From Octopus vulgaris (taxonomy: Eukaryota), in contig OX597821.1 in assembly GCA_951406725.2 (NCBI GenBank), forward strand, positions 15,748,001 to 15,812,000: 64,000 bases of DNA. Direction: 5' to 3'. A program made the position numbers and the translations under genes. The notes beneath the pieces were generated by a model, which made no database searches, was not told the DNA's origin, and was given only the letters and a program-made list of their open reading frames with translations. How positions within the stretch are numbered: position 1 is the stretch's first letter; the number at the start of each line of letters is the position of its first letter. Of the stretch, positions 1-12,860 are shown one piece after another.

Positions 1-404
1 ATGACATATCTGAAGCCATGTCCATCAATCGAAGCCAAAACTATTATCTTTATCTTAGATTGAGCATAATTCACAAAAAAATATTATTCCTAGAGAATAT
101 CATTTCTGCCCTTTGGTTGCATTCTCAGAACCCCATCCGTGCTCATGTTCACGTAAAATGATTCAGAAAACCTACATTTAATCCCAGTTATAAATCTTTC
201 AATGCAAGTAATAATCTGCTATTTCATTTTACAGATGAAGAAAGAGTCCAACGATTAAACTATGTATTGCAAATAAAAAGTGAATTTCTATAGAATTCCT
301 CCTTAGTGTTGTCACTGGAAAGCAGTTGACATGAGTTTCATGCTCGCAGTACTAAGTTCTTGTTGCATTTTCGTTTTCAAATACAATTAACATAGCTTTT
401 TTAG

Positions 405-448
<44 letters not shown>

Positions 449-451
449 TAC

Positions 452-505
<54 letters not shown>

Positions 506-509
506 CATA

Positions 510-958
510 CATTCAACCAGTCATTGAAGTCAGTGCCAGAACGACAACGACCATCTTTAGTTTCAAAGACTAAAGATATTCTTCCATCAGGATAATGCTT
601 GTGCACATACAGCGAGTATGACATCCCAAAGGCTGGATCAGTTTGAATGGGAAACTATGCCCCACCTAAAATATTCGCCGGACATTGCCCCATCTGATTC
701 TCATTTACTCCACAGTCTTAAGAATCATTTGGACTGAAAAAAAAGGAATTCTCTAGACAAGATCAGAACTTTACTGGGGGAGTATTTTTCGTCAAGCACA
801 AGTGAATTTTGGAAAAGAGGCCTTGAAAGGGCACAAGAGAGATCGAGGAATATTGTAGAAAATGAAGGAGAGTATATTTTAGATTAAAAACTTATTTTTA
901 AATCTAAATTTTCAAAAATAAATGTATAATACAAGCGCATTATTTATGGGATGACACA

Positions 959-959
<1 letters not shown>
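510..959 (+). mobile_element. Mariner (D,D34D) transposon, 3' fragment with right terminus
   Basis: 582-887 translates FHQDNACAH...WETMPHLKYSPDIAPSDSHLLHSLKNHLD*...IVENEGEYILD*. There are 34 residues between the D of DNA and the D of APSD, and one internal stop. A TIR-like end (cgcattatttatgggatgacacaa) is followed by TA. Confidence 0.85.
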
Positions 960-993
<34 letters not shown>

Positions 994-1025
994 TATATAT
1001 GTACATATATATATACACACACACA

Positions 1026-1081
<56 letters not shown>

Positions 1082-1839
1082 GTGCGTCTCTGTGTGTGTG
1101 TGTGCACACACGTACACACACATATATCATGAACCGACTTTATCGTATCTGCAGGGTATCAGTGTTGGCTAAGGCCAAGTGACTTAAGAAGAAAATGGTC
1201 CCATGTTAACAACTGAATGGTATTGCTTAAATACAGCATAACTGAAGGTATATTCTTAGGAACATTGAAATTCTTGCATTCATCAATGAATATGTGTGGC
1301 GCTAAGGGAGCTGTAACAGAAATATCTTTTGGTTATAAATCGAGACGAGACGAGACTGACTAAACTACAACTCGCTGATGCTTCAATTATTTTGTATATA
1401 AACGATTCTAATCTGTTGGGAAAATACAAGCAACCATATGTAAAAAGAAACTATTTGGAGAAATTAAATTATCACGATAGAAATAAAAATGTATACCACG
1501 ATGAAAATTGTACCAAATACGTTGTGAATAAATGGTGGAAAAGATACACATCTCGGTTAATGCGGTCATCTTGTAATGATTGATTTCCAGATATTTCTCC
1601 TCCTACTCCATTTAATCATTATTATCTGCGCCACTATTTTGAGATTAAATATATCTGAGGATGTATATAACTTTTTCGAACTGCATTTCGGATAGAAAAA
1701 GTTTTTCGGAATAAATTTAACAATTAAGGATAACTTCTTAATAAGGAATCTTAACAAGAAATTATCAGGTAGTTAGCGTGAAAAACCTCATAAGAGAAAA
1801 AATTCGAAAATAATTTTTTTCCTTTTGAACATATTAATT

Positions 1840-2168
1840 TATATTATATAGAGGGCATTATTACACATAAATGCCTCACACTAAGAGGGACATAAGTCAT
1901 TACTACCAAAAATTTCACTAATCATACCCAATGCAGTTGCCTGTTCGTCTTCGACGGTGTTGGTCGTTTATCTATGATGTGTTCAGAATCAGTTCTACCG
2001 ATGAGCATAGACGCATTTTTTATGCGGTGAGTGCGAAATCACAGGTGATATAGGACTAAATTAAATGTCTTGCTTTGAAAAACTGCATTGGGTATGATTA
2101 GTGAAATTTTTGGTAGTAATGACTTATGTCCCTCTTAGTGTGAGGCATTTATGTGTAATAATGCCCTC

Positions 2169-2179
<11 letters not shown>
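1840..2179 (+). mobile_element. Fold-back element with ~99-bp perfect inverted arms enclosing a hammerhead motif (Penelope pLTR/retrozyme-like)
   Basis: 1840-1938 is the exact reverse complement of 2081-2179. The spacer contains a hammerhead fold, and the right end runs into (TA)n. Confidence 0.75.
1991..2057 (+). ncRNA. Type I hammerhead ribozyme candidate (U4C core variant)
   Basis: Stem I AGTTCTA/TAGGACT (7 bp, one GU). Core CCGATGA 1998-2004. Stem II GCAT/GTGC plus inner CGCAT/ATGCG. GAAA 2035-2038. Stem III ATCAC-ag-GTGAT. Predicted cleavage after A2050. Confidence 0.7.
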
Positions 2180-2212
<33 letters not shown>

Positions 2213-3150
2213 CAATAGTTACGCGTGAACACGAATGAACATATCGTTTGGAGAAAACAGTAAAATTAGAAGCTATTTGAGTAAAAAAAATATCTAAGTG
2301 AACGGTCGTCTGTGTCTTTTAGGGAAATCCATATTTCTTTCTTGCAACACTACGTTACTGATAATTCTTCTTTTATGAAGCACATTAATTGCAAACAGGC
2401 TCCATGCTTCCCGCTAATCTAATATAAAGTTGGTAATCTTTGACCATATATTTTATAAAAATCTTTTTAATTTTCACTTTCGGAAAATGAAAGATGACTC
2501 TGACGCCTTTCAATTTCCTCTGTTTAATGATGGACGTTCTATGATTGATCGCTCTTGGTGCATGTGTTAATCCAATCGATACTGTTATTGAGTCTACTAA
2601 GAACTCCCAACAAAATAACATGTGCGACCATACGCTAGGTGGATATTCCATGTGTATTGATAACGTTGAAATTGCTTAGCGGTGAGTCAGCCATAATCCT
2701 GTACCTCTATGCTGAACTGCAAATGATGTATGACACTCAAAATTTATTTTTTAGTATTGCACACATAGTCTATCTAAGGACATTACTATGTGTATTAATT
2801 TTAAGATGATCGCACTGGATGTAAAGAATGCTTGAGTGCTGTTTGTATTATTAGTTTCATTGTTGGCTTGTCATAATAATGTTTGCAATGAGTTAACTAA
2901 AATCTTGTTTCTGGGTGGTATCCAATCACATGATGAATAATTTCCTGTTCTTTCTTATTAAACTATCGTTTTGTACGACATGCATGAATAAACGCATGAA
3001 ACTGCGTTATAATCTAACATTTCTACAGCGTGATATTTCTACAACATGATCTTTCTTTCAGATTGTTGAGGTGTGAAAGATGTGTTTTTAGCCCAATTTG
3101 TGGTTAGCATGATGAAGGTATGGTGAATTTATATATATATATATATGAAA

Positions 3151-3381
3151 AGGCGGCGTGCTGGCAGAAACGTTAGCGCGCCGGGCGAAATGCTTAGCGG
3201 TATTTCGTCTGTCTTTACGTTCTTAGTTCAAATACCGCCGAGGTCGACTTTGCCTTTCATCCTCTCGGGGTCGATAAATAAAGTACCAGTTTCACACTGA
3301 GTCGATGTAAACGACTAAATCTCTTTGTCTGTCCTTGTTTGTCCCTTCTATGTTTAGCCCCTTGTGGGTAGTAAAGAAATA
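3151..3381 (+). mobile_element. tRNA-derived SINE, family C (ggcggcgagctggcagaa head)
   Basis: Box A-like TGGCAGAAACGTTAGC, box B-like GTTCAAAT, central gcctttcatcc..ggggtcgataaa..agtacc block. Homologous to copies at 28.8, 31.4-32.0, 33.1, 36.0 and 58.4 kb. Confidence 0.8.
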
Positions 3382-5585
3382 TATATATATATGAATACAT
3401 ATATTTTTTACCTCCATGTAATACCGTTAATCTAAACACGTTTTTTTTTCCTTTCTCCGTTTTCTTTACATCATGCATGTCAAATATACCATGCTTGTTG
3501 TTCCCTCACCTGCCACTGTCCTGTATTTTTTGTTCATTTGAACCATATGTGTGTTTGTGTGTGTTGCTGTGTGCGTGAGAATGTCCTAATATTTCAGAAG
3601 CTTCATGTTCACTTTGCAAACACGAGGTCCTGAGTTTCATGTCATAGCATAGATTTATAGATGTCTGTCATTTTCTATATTTGCAAAGCAACACATAACT
3701 TGTGAGTGAAACTGTGATCGAAACAATGGAAGCCCACATTCAATAGACAGTGCTTGTTGTTCATGCATACAATCACATCACATATTCTGTCAGGCTAATA
3801 TTGTCTAAAATTAATGTTAATGCCACATATCTGGCACATACACGCACACACATACACGAACGCAAACAGATACACAAATGCACACACAAACAAGCAAACA
3901 TTGTATGTGCTTGTCTGTACATATGTGCGTGTGTGTCTATGTGCCTCTGTGTATGTGTGCGTTTCTCTCTATGTCTGGGCGTGTGTAAATGTGTGTGCGA
4001 GTGAATATGCTTGGGTTCTACATGAAAATCAATTTTAATTTCCTTCATTGTTCATTGAATCTAGATTAATTCGCTTTTAGTGTGTATTTAATAATTATTT
4101 CAAAACACAGCATTGAATATGATAGTAATCTTAAGCACCTGGTTTTCAAACAAGTTATCACAAACCATGATCTGTTGCAGGAAAGGAATATGCTTGGATG
4201 AGGTGCTATTTTCTATATAATTTACGGTATTTAACTTATCGAGTTAATCAGTGATACAATAATTTGCCAAATCATAGCGGGGAAAATAATTTCAAAAATA
4301 TGCAAATGTCAATAATTAAGCTTGAATTTTCATAATATTCATTTGTATATACTACTGTATAATTGGAAACAGAAGCGGTTAAATGCCGTAGTAATAGGGC
4401 AGGTGGTTTGTATTTTCTTCCCAGGAGCGATATAATAATAACTCGTCCTAAGCAAGGGAAACAACGTAGTTCAAAAGCATTACTTGCATATTCATTTATT
4501 ATACGTTACTGCACATTCGAGCGTGAATATGCTATTCAATGTTGCGTTCGTGACAGGAGAATAGCTTTTCCTTTATGATGAATATGTGTTCGTAACATAC
4601 TTCATTTATCAGTTCTAGGAAACCTTGTATAACGGTATATCGGCATGTGACTCGTCAACCAAAATCTAAAATGAATCTCTTCCCTTAGCCGTGCTTATAT
4701 CTGCCAAAGGATAATGAATAATCAATTTATGGTGAAGAGTGAAGTTTAAAGCGACGCCTCGTATACCCGGAAGATTCGAACGGGAATATGTAAATCGCTG
4801 TTGTATTTGTCAAAGCTTGATAAATAAAAAATCAAGTAGGAGGGATATTTGTCAACTTCAATCATTTACATAAACTTAGAAACATAAGGTGATATCGATA
4901 AAGAGTAAACCTGTGGTTGTGGAAGAAACATCTGAAGATGGTTCATTAAAACTCCAACTAGCAGTTGAAAGAATTTATCAACCTCGATTAGATGCAAATA
5001 CTTTATGTTTTGCAAAACGTATAATTCTACATCACGAATTGGTCTCATTTTGAAATTGTAGGAAATTTCCTTCACCACATGTATACAATCGTCTCCATGC
5101 GTTGTCATTATATATTCGGTACAAAGCATTTGACGATAAATACAAGAGAATACTAGATGTATAAATATCATAATTTTCCGCATGTTACGGCGATGCTATA
5201 TATTCGATAATTCATTAAGTTAGTACATTAATATTTTACATTTTACAGACATTGGATTACAACTATTTCGAGAATACACTATACGTGTTATACTCTGCAA
5301 ATTTGACCTTAGAGCTGTTTATTTATTTTGTTTTTTGGCTGGTAAAATATTCATTGTTCCCTAGAATGCACAAACGTTATGATTGTACCCACACAACAAA
5401 CGATTTACACGATGACCAAGGATACAGAGAAGGAGGCCGTTATAACACACACATACGCACGCACGCGCGCGCGCACACACACACACATATGTATATAGAT
5501 AGATATATGTGTGTGTGTGTTAAATAAGACGAGTCAAAGACAAGGCAGTGTGAGATTTCTTAGACATTTATAAAGAGAAAGATAG

Positions 5586-5631
5586 TCTTACAGCTGTTTC
5601 AGGGACATAAATGATATCCCATCATCCCAGA
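5586..5631 (-). ncRNA. Degenerate hammerhead copy in left arm
   Basis: Reverse complement reads tctgggatga-tgggatatcatttatgtccct-gaaacagctgta-aga, so the CTGATGA box is mutated. Confidence 0.55.
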
Positions 5632-6047
5632 TTATATGAGAGAATTACATTTGAAGGAAATAGTAGGGTTCCATATAAGAAGTTATTTCGGAAATGGAGT
5701 GATATAAAAAAGTATACAAAAAAATGAGAAAAAGTGAGAATAAAAAAAATATACAAGGAAATATGAGTATAATTTTTTTTATTCTCATATTTTTTTAATA
5801 ATTTAAACATGTTTATATCCTTTTATTGTTTTATTATCATATTTCCTTGGATGAATTTTTTTATTATTTTATAATTGTTTTATATTATTTAAATTTTTTT
5901 ATGTTATTCTCGTATTTCCTTTTTTATTCCCTCGATTATTTTTCTATTTAAAATTTTTTCCTTGTATACTTCTTATATCTCTCCCTTTCCAAAATAACTT
6001 CTTATGTTGAATTCTACTATTTCCTTCTATTTAATCCTCTCCTATTA

Positions 6048-6093
6048 TCTCTGATGATGGGATATCTTTTATATACCTGAAACAGCTGTAAGA
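6048..6093 (+). ncRNA. Minimal type I hammerhead ribozyme of Penelope-like type
   Basis: TCT-CTGATGA(6051-6057)-tgggatatcttttatatacct-GAAA-CAGCTG-TA-AGA. Stem III is the palindrome ACAGCTGT, the cleavage triplet is GUA, stem I is TCT/AGA, and stem II is imperfect. Confidence 0.75.
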
Positions 6094-6878
6094 CTACCTT
6101 TCTCATTATAAACATCCTAGAAATTTCACACTGCTTTGGTTTTGTAGTCTCATTTTATTTAACATATACACGCTCGCACACGACCCGAATTAGAATCCTC
6201 AGCTATACCATTATCGAACCGGGAGTTTAATAGCGGTCCTTCCGTATTTCTTACATAGCCTTATATATTTACTTATATATGTATATGTATGCATGCATAT
6301 TCCTATATATTCACACAGATAAATATTTCTATGTGTAAGTTTCTCCGTTTGTGGTGTGGGTTAGTCAGGGTGTGTGATATGATGAATTCGATTCCTTTTG
6401 ATTAAATTACGCATAGAAGTTTATTAAATGGAGTAAATATGTTTGTTTATAACTGTGTACATAACCAATCAGTCATAGCGAACCTGTTAACTGGAGACGG
6501 ATTTTTCTCTTTAGCATGTGGCGTTGTTTTGAAAATTACGTTTATGATTGTCCTAATCTTCATCGACTTTGCAACTCATGAGAAAACGATGTCTTTGTCA
6601 AGTATGACTCACATTATTGTGTGGCGTGCACGACATGGCGAGAGAAAAAGTGAGAGAGAGAGGGGAGAGGGAAAGAGAGAAAGGTGGATAGGAAGAGAGA
6701 AGAGTGAAAACTGGGATGTTTCTCACTGGCGCCAATGGTAGTAAAATTAAACAAGAGAGGGAACACAACACAAGTTTAGATATTCAACATACAGCCACTC
6801 ATATATAATACAAAACGTTTCAAATATGCATTAATGATTTATTTATATACATCTATAGTTCTGCTTTTATGCACACAA

Positions 6879-6914
<36 letters not shown>

Positions 6915-7433
6915 GTTTTGTTAAGCAGCATCGATTTTAAAATTATGCAAATAATGACTAAAGAAAATAGTTTAATAATGGGGCACATAAGACCTCGACA
7001 CATTTTTGTTTACACGATCAAGTGTGCTACCGTTACACACTCGTACCAACTTGCTTCTTTCTGTAAGATTTAAGAGCTATAAGTAATAGTAGTTGTTTTT
7101 GTAAACAAACTTTCATGTACTTTCAGTGCGTTAAGCAGTGTCGATTTTTACAATTCAGTAAATAATAATAGTATTTATAAGCTTAAAGCTTATAAGCTAT
7201 CACTGCACAATGACTAAAGGAAATAGTCTAATACTATACCTTGACAGAAAAAAGTAGGTTCGAGCCCGACGTGTACGGGAAAACCTTTTTTTTTCCTGTT
7301 GAGGGCTTATTAACCCCCGTATTAGACTGCTTTGCTATAACTGTAGATCACATGAGTGCTTATCAGTTAAAGAAATTAAACTCGTGAGATTTCAACTGGA
7401 CAATTTCTTATTTCTACCGAGAGCTGGCGCGCC

Positions 7434-7475
7434 AATCGTCGTAAAGTCGATCGGTCGTAAGTCGACGACGATCTG

Positions 7476-7524
<49 letters not shown>

Positions 7525-7585
7525 CGATAGATAGATAGATAGATACAGTAATCTCTCGCCATATTATGGTTTACCTATCGCAGTT
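7434..7585. mobile_element. Two pogo/Tigger-like MITE termini back to back across a (TA)n(TAGA)n tract
   Basis: Reverse complement of 7434-7477 is TA-CAGATCGTCGTCGACTTACGACC. 7544 onward is TA-CAGTAATCTCTCGCC. Both resemble TA|CAG..CTCG Tigger-type TIRs. Partner ends were not located. Confidence 0.4.
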
Positions 7586-7614
7586 TATTATTTAAGCTTA
7601 ATCTTGTATTCATT

Positions 7615-7672
<58 letters not shown>

Positions 7673-7829
7673 TATATAGGTTATGAGCGGTACTGGTGTC
7701 AAAAGGACCCAAAGGTAATGCTGACTAAGTGCTATGGACAGACCATAGTTAAGCTCCACGTTCGGTGATTATGCGAATGAGGAGTCCAATGTAGGTCATA
7801 TGTCAGCATGTTTATATATCATTTTTTTC

Positions 7830-7935
7830 CAGAATACGATAGAAAACACCAAGGCTGTGAAGTTTTTAGAACATTTAGAAATAGGTCTTACAGCTCTTTC
7901 CGGGATAATTATTATATCCCTTCACCAGAGACGGT
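7830..7935 (-). mobile_element. Third, degenerate copy of the 5.5-6.1 kb pLTR/hammerhead family
   Basis: Reverse complement of 7885-7932 is gtct-CTGGTGA-agggatataataattatcccg-GAAA-gagctg-TA-agac. The flank aligns with about 5525-5630. Confidence 0.6.
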
Positions 7936-8650
7936 GTGAGAAAATGGTTAAGCAATAGCTAATTTAGATAAGATATGAAATAGAGAGTGAAGTGGAGGAA
8001 TGAAAATAGATGTGAGATATGCAGGGATATTGCATTTGTAGATCCATTATTTAGGCAGAATGGTATACATATAAGATTCCAATACCTTGTGAGTAGATTC
8101 CAATAGTACTTAAAATTGGCCATTCCAAGTTTGGAGTTTGTACACAGTGCTATAGAATCGAGGGTTTTATTTAAATTAACCTAAAAGTAGGGGATGTATT
8201 TGTAAGGTCAAATCGAAAACAAGAAGAGAGGAATAAAGAATAGAGGAAAAAATAAAAAATAAAAAAGAGGAAGAGAGAAAAAAAGAAAAATAAGGAGAGA
8301 GATGATGACAAGGAAAGTGTACCAATTAGTTGTCAGTCAAGATAAATTGAAAGTAGGAATGGGGAGATGAGGGTGAGAGCGAGAGAAGGATATTAGCGTG
8401 CAAAAAGATGATAGGATAAATAGTAAAGGAGTGTCAAATAGAAGGAATGAGGTTGATAGAGAGAGAGTATAATAGTGTAGAAAGTAAAGGAGGGTCAGTT
8501 GTGTAAAGATAGTCTAAGTGATGGGGCAGTGGGAGGGGTATTAATATGGTGGAATGAAGAATTTAGGAATATAGATTAGGTTGGTCGGACAGGTCAGTGC
8601 TTAGTAGTAGAAGGAAATATATCTACATATACAACTCGTACTCATATGTA

Positions 8651-9941
8651 CGAAGGGCGTTCAATAAGTAATGCCCCTGACCCACTTCCCATAGCAGTAG
8701 AGCAACGAAACTTGGCACAGTTATTAGTCTTTTTCTACATAGGAACTACCCAGAGTTACGCATTCCTCCCATCGTTTGATGCGGCTCTGGAGACCGTTTT
8801 TGTAGAAGAACCCAGCTTGGTCCTCCAACCTCAACGTGACTTCAGAAATCAAGGCTGCATCATCTGGGAAACGCTTTCCTTTCAAAAACAACTTCATGAT
8901 TGGGAAGAGGTGAAAATCAGAGGGTGCAAGGTCAGGAAAGTAGGAGGGATGGGGGAGGACTTCATAGCCATACGCCTGTGCTTCTGATCTGGCGACAAGC
9001 GAGTTGTGGACCGGAGCGTTGTCCTGCAGGAGGAGGATGCCTTTGCTGATCTTGCCCCGCCTCTTGATTTTGATAACTTCTCTTAATTCCCTCAAAAGTG
9101 AAGTATAATAGGCTCCTGCAATTGTGGTACCCTTTCCCAGGAAATCTGTCATCACTACTCCGTCCTGGTCCCAGAAGACTGTGAGCATGACCTTGCCAGC
9201 GGAGGGCTGCACCCTTGCCTTCTTTGGAGGGGGTGAGTCATGGAGCTTCCACTGCATTGACTGAGCTTTGGTCTCTGGATCATCGTGATGGACCCAGGTT
9301 TCCTCCTGTGTAATCAGTCTTTTGAAAAATTTTGACTCATCTTCTTGGCACATCTCCAAATTCACCCTCGAGCACTCGACGCGTTCTTGCTTCTGGAAAG
9401 GCGTGAGCAACCTGGGAATCCATCTGGCAGACACCTTTTGCATATGCAAATGGTCATGAATGATAATTTTCACAGACCCGGTACTAATCTCGACCTCATG
9501 GGCTATTTGGCGAATAATTATGCGTCGATCTTCCAAAATGGCAGCCTCAACTTGACGGACAGATGCCTCATGAATGGCAGAAGGGGCGACCAGATCTGAG
9601 AGCTGTTTCCACAGAGTTCTGACCATGTTTGAATTCACGATGCCAGCGTTTTACAAGGTCATATGATGGGGCATCATCACCATAAGTTACTTTCATTTCA
9701 TCAAAAGTCTCCCGTGGTGTGCGTCCTTTCAAATACAAAAACCGGATCACTGCTCGACACTCAACAGGCTCCATTTCACACTTGACTCGGTTCAAACACA
9801 TGTAAATCAGAAACCACAATTAATTCAGAGCTGTAATTTGCCACTTACTCTATAGAGATATAAATAATTGCACATGCAAAATTTCAGCTAGATCAAATAA
9901 ATGCAAGTGGGTCAGAGGCATTACTTATTGAACGTCCCTCG
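8651..9941 (-). mobile_element. Full-length mariner element (~1.29 kb, irritans-like TIRs)
   Basis: 37-bp TIRs (cgaagggcgttcaataagtaatgcccctgacccactt; 3 mismatches between ends), TA on both sides, and a transposase inside. Confidence 0.95.
8724..9774 (-). pseudogene. Mariner transposase pseudogene
   Basis: Starts MEPVECRAVIRFL at ATG 9774, with one frameshift near 9590. Motifs WIPRLL, ITQEETW (first catalytic D replaced by E), QDNAPVH, YFPDLAPSD. Confidence 0.92.
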
Positions 9942-10109
9942 TACATGTACATCCATATATAATTGTATCTGTATGTATTATCGCCCCTGCACACGCAGGT
10001 ATCTATCCATACATACATTCACACATACTCACATACATACACACGCACATGCATTATATATATATATATATTTTATATATATATTTATATATTATATATA
10101 TACATATAT

Positions 10110-10498
10110 GAGTGGCTATGTAATAAGTAGCTTGCTTACCAGCCACATGGTTCCATGTTCATTCCCACTGCATGGCACCTTGGGCAAGTGTCTTCTGCAA
10201 TAACCTCGGGCCGACCAAAGCCTTGTGAGTGGATTTGGTAGACCGAATATGAAAGAAACCTGTCGTATATATGTGTGTGTAAATGTTTCTGTATATGTTT
10301 GTGTATCTTTGTCTCCCAACATCGCCTCACAGCCGATGCTGGTATGTTTACCTCCCCGGAACTTAGCGGTTCGGCCAAAGTGTCCGATAGAATAAGTACT
10401 AGGCTTCCAAAGAAAAGTCCTAGGGTCGATTTGCTCGACTAAAGACGGTGCCCCGCATGGCCGCAGTCAAATGACTGAAACAAGTAAAGAGTAAGAGA
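10110..10498 (+). mobile_element. tRNA-derived SINE, family A (CR1-type tail)
   Basis: Head gagtggct...ggttcc..gttca.tccc, CORE-like cttgggcaagt, internal TA/TG tract, tail ggtgcc..gcatggccgcagtcaaatgactgaaacaagtaaagag. Confidence 0.85.
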
Positions 10499-10903
10499 AT
10501 ATATATATGTATATAGCGAACCCGCAGATCTCCAAGTAATATATATCGAAGTCATTAACCCACAGCTATTATCATAGCCGTCGAAATGTTTTCACGGTAT
10601 GTACTATGCACTATTCCATCTGAAATATATCGCAGACTTAGATAAATTATTAACAATATTCATTTTAAAGACAGATTGGTATATTTGTTCGTTTGTGCGT
10701 GTATGTGCGTGCATGTGTATGCGAATGTGTCTGTGTGTATGTGTGTGTGTTTGTGTGTGCGTGTGTTGCATCTCTTGTGGTTCTCTTGTTTTCATTATGC
10801 ATTGAATTTTTGCCACTCGTTTTCTTGCCATATCTCTCCCTGCATACATGCATGCGTAGTTACGCACGCACATACACACACACACGCACACAAACACCCC
10901 TCC

Positions 10904-10952
<49 letters not shown>

Positions 10953-11401
10953 TCAGATTTTTATACATTTTTACAAGCTTACATGTTTACTGCGTCTTAG
11001 CTACACACACAGATTCAAACACACAGACACACACGCCTCAAATGTCTGTGTGTGTAGGTTCTGCGTATTGCGTATTTACTTTGGGAATGTTTATTTTCTT
11101 TATGCCATATGTACATATGATTCGGCCTTCATCATACATACCCCACCCCCATATATATAAATATATATATGATATATATGTACACACACACATACAAACA
11201 CATATATATATACAAATTCATATGCACAGCGATACACATTTACTTACCAGTAGATCGATACAAATAGCAAATAATATTTATATACTCTGTTCAGGTCAAT
11301 GTTGATCTTCTGTTTGTAAATCTGAAAATGCTTGATTGAATATTTATGTTTGGAGTCATCTATTATTATTATTATTATCATCATCATCATCATTATTGTT
11401 G

Positions 11402-11443
<42 letters not shown>

Positions 11444-12252
11444 CTTTGGCATTCAGGTTGTTGCTGATGCTAATAATATATATTTATATTGTTATCGCTT
11501 CAAACGTCAGGAACCAATTTGTTTATTTGTGTATATCAATGTCATCTTGTCAAAATTTCTTCCGCCATTCATTCACTTTTTGTCGAAGGTTCTATTTTTC
11601 ACTCCCCCATCCGCATCAGTATAATTCCTAATTCAATTATCAAAGCAGTACTATTTGATCTTCCCCCTTGATCTAGTTTTATGCTAGTTCTACATTGTTG
11701 ATTGTCAATGTGCTAATATTTGAACCTCAATTCTCCTGGTTTCTCTTTCTCTTTCACTTCCCACATTGCCTTTCTACACCGTTTTATCTCTATGAGTTTT
11801 TTTCTATTTTCACAACGTTGTATATTGATAAAATAATGTGCCATTACCCTAAATATGTTATAGTATCACATATATACATTCATTATTTGAAAATCTTGGA
11901 TATACTGACATTTTACGTGCTACTGGAAAACAGAAATCACTCACAAATGTTGATGAACGTTGAAAATCTCGTAGTAACTTATATTTAAATAACTGAAAAT
12001 TCGGGAAATATAGCAAAACATTTCGGAATTTAATCTAGACTGAAGCGTAGTACAGCAGACGAGCATCAGCTTATGTCGTATTACCGTTTTACAGAGAAAC
12101 ATATGTTTCACAGTTGGCATACATTAAAACTGGGACTCATATATGATATAATATAATTTATTATATTATATTATATGATATAATATGATACAATATAATA
12201 TAATATAATAACATATAATATAGTAATATAAAGCAATATAAATAATATATAT

Positions 12253-12371
12253 GCAGACGTAGGTGTGGCACTGCGCTGCTATAGCTTCGGATCAACTAAA
12301 GCCTTCCGAGTGAATTGCTGGACGAAAATTTAAAGTAAGCCCCTCCCTCACTATCTCTCTCTTTCTCTCTC

Positions 12372-12402
<31 letters not shown>

Positions 12403-12549
12403 GGGTGTATGTGTATGTATGTATGTGTATACTGTTTAAAGTTGAAGTTGTATACACACGCAGACACTCTCATACACATATAATACACGTATCAATAGAT
12501 AGATAAATAAATGGATACGATAAATAGATAGATAGATAGATAAACAGAC

Positions 12550-12609
<60 letters not shown>

Positions 12610-12860
12610 TGATAGATAGATAGAGAGACAGACAGACAGACACAGAGAGTTGTATATGCATTTTTCTATGTTTCTCCCCAACCACAGAATTATTACCGGT
12701 CTTCTTATATATCCCGAAACACATCGTTTCAACAAAACAGACGATTTGTCCAGTAGAAAGCATTACGAAAAGGACTGAGGTCGATCCTAATATTTGACTA
12801 ATATTCCTTAAGGCGATTCTCCTGCATGGCTGCAAACTAATAACTGAAACAAGTAAAATA
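12253..12860 (+). mobile_element. Highly decayed family A SINE with expanded internal microsatellites including (TAGA)n
   Basis: 5' remnant ctatagcttcggatcaactaaagcctt. 3' remnant aaggcgattctcctgcatggctgc..actgaaacaagtaaaa. Confidence 0.55.

Larger units (their letters stand above)
5518..6164. mobile_element. Diverged inverted pair of Penelope-like pLTR segments, each with a hammerhead motif
   Basis: About 5518-5770 is an imperfect reverse complement of about 5905-6164. Both arms contain GAAACAGCTGTAAGA preceded by a GGGATAT hairpin. Confidence 0.75.

Noticed and set aside
4866-5183. 105-aa minus-strand ORF (and an almost open plus frame) in unique sequence
   Set aside because: No recognisable motif or convincing splice sites. 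It could be an exon, but needs BLASTX or RNA-seq.
8724-9774. Domesticated SETMAR-like gene
   Set aside because: TIRs and TA TSD are intact, the ORF is frameshifted, and no SET exon is seen.
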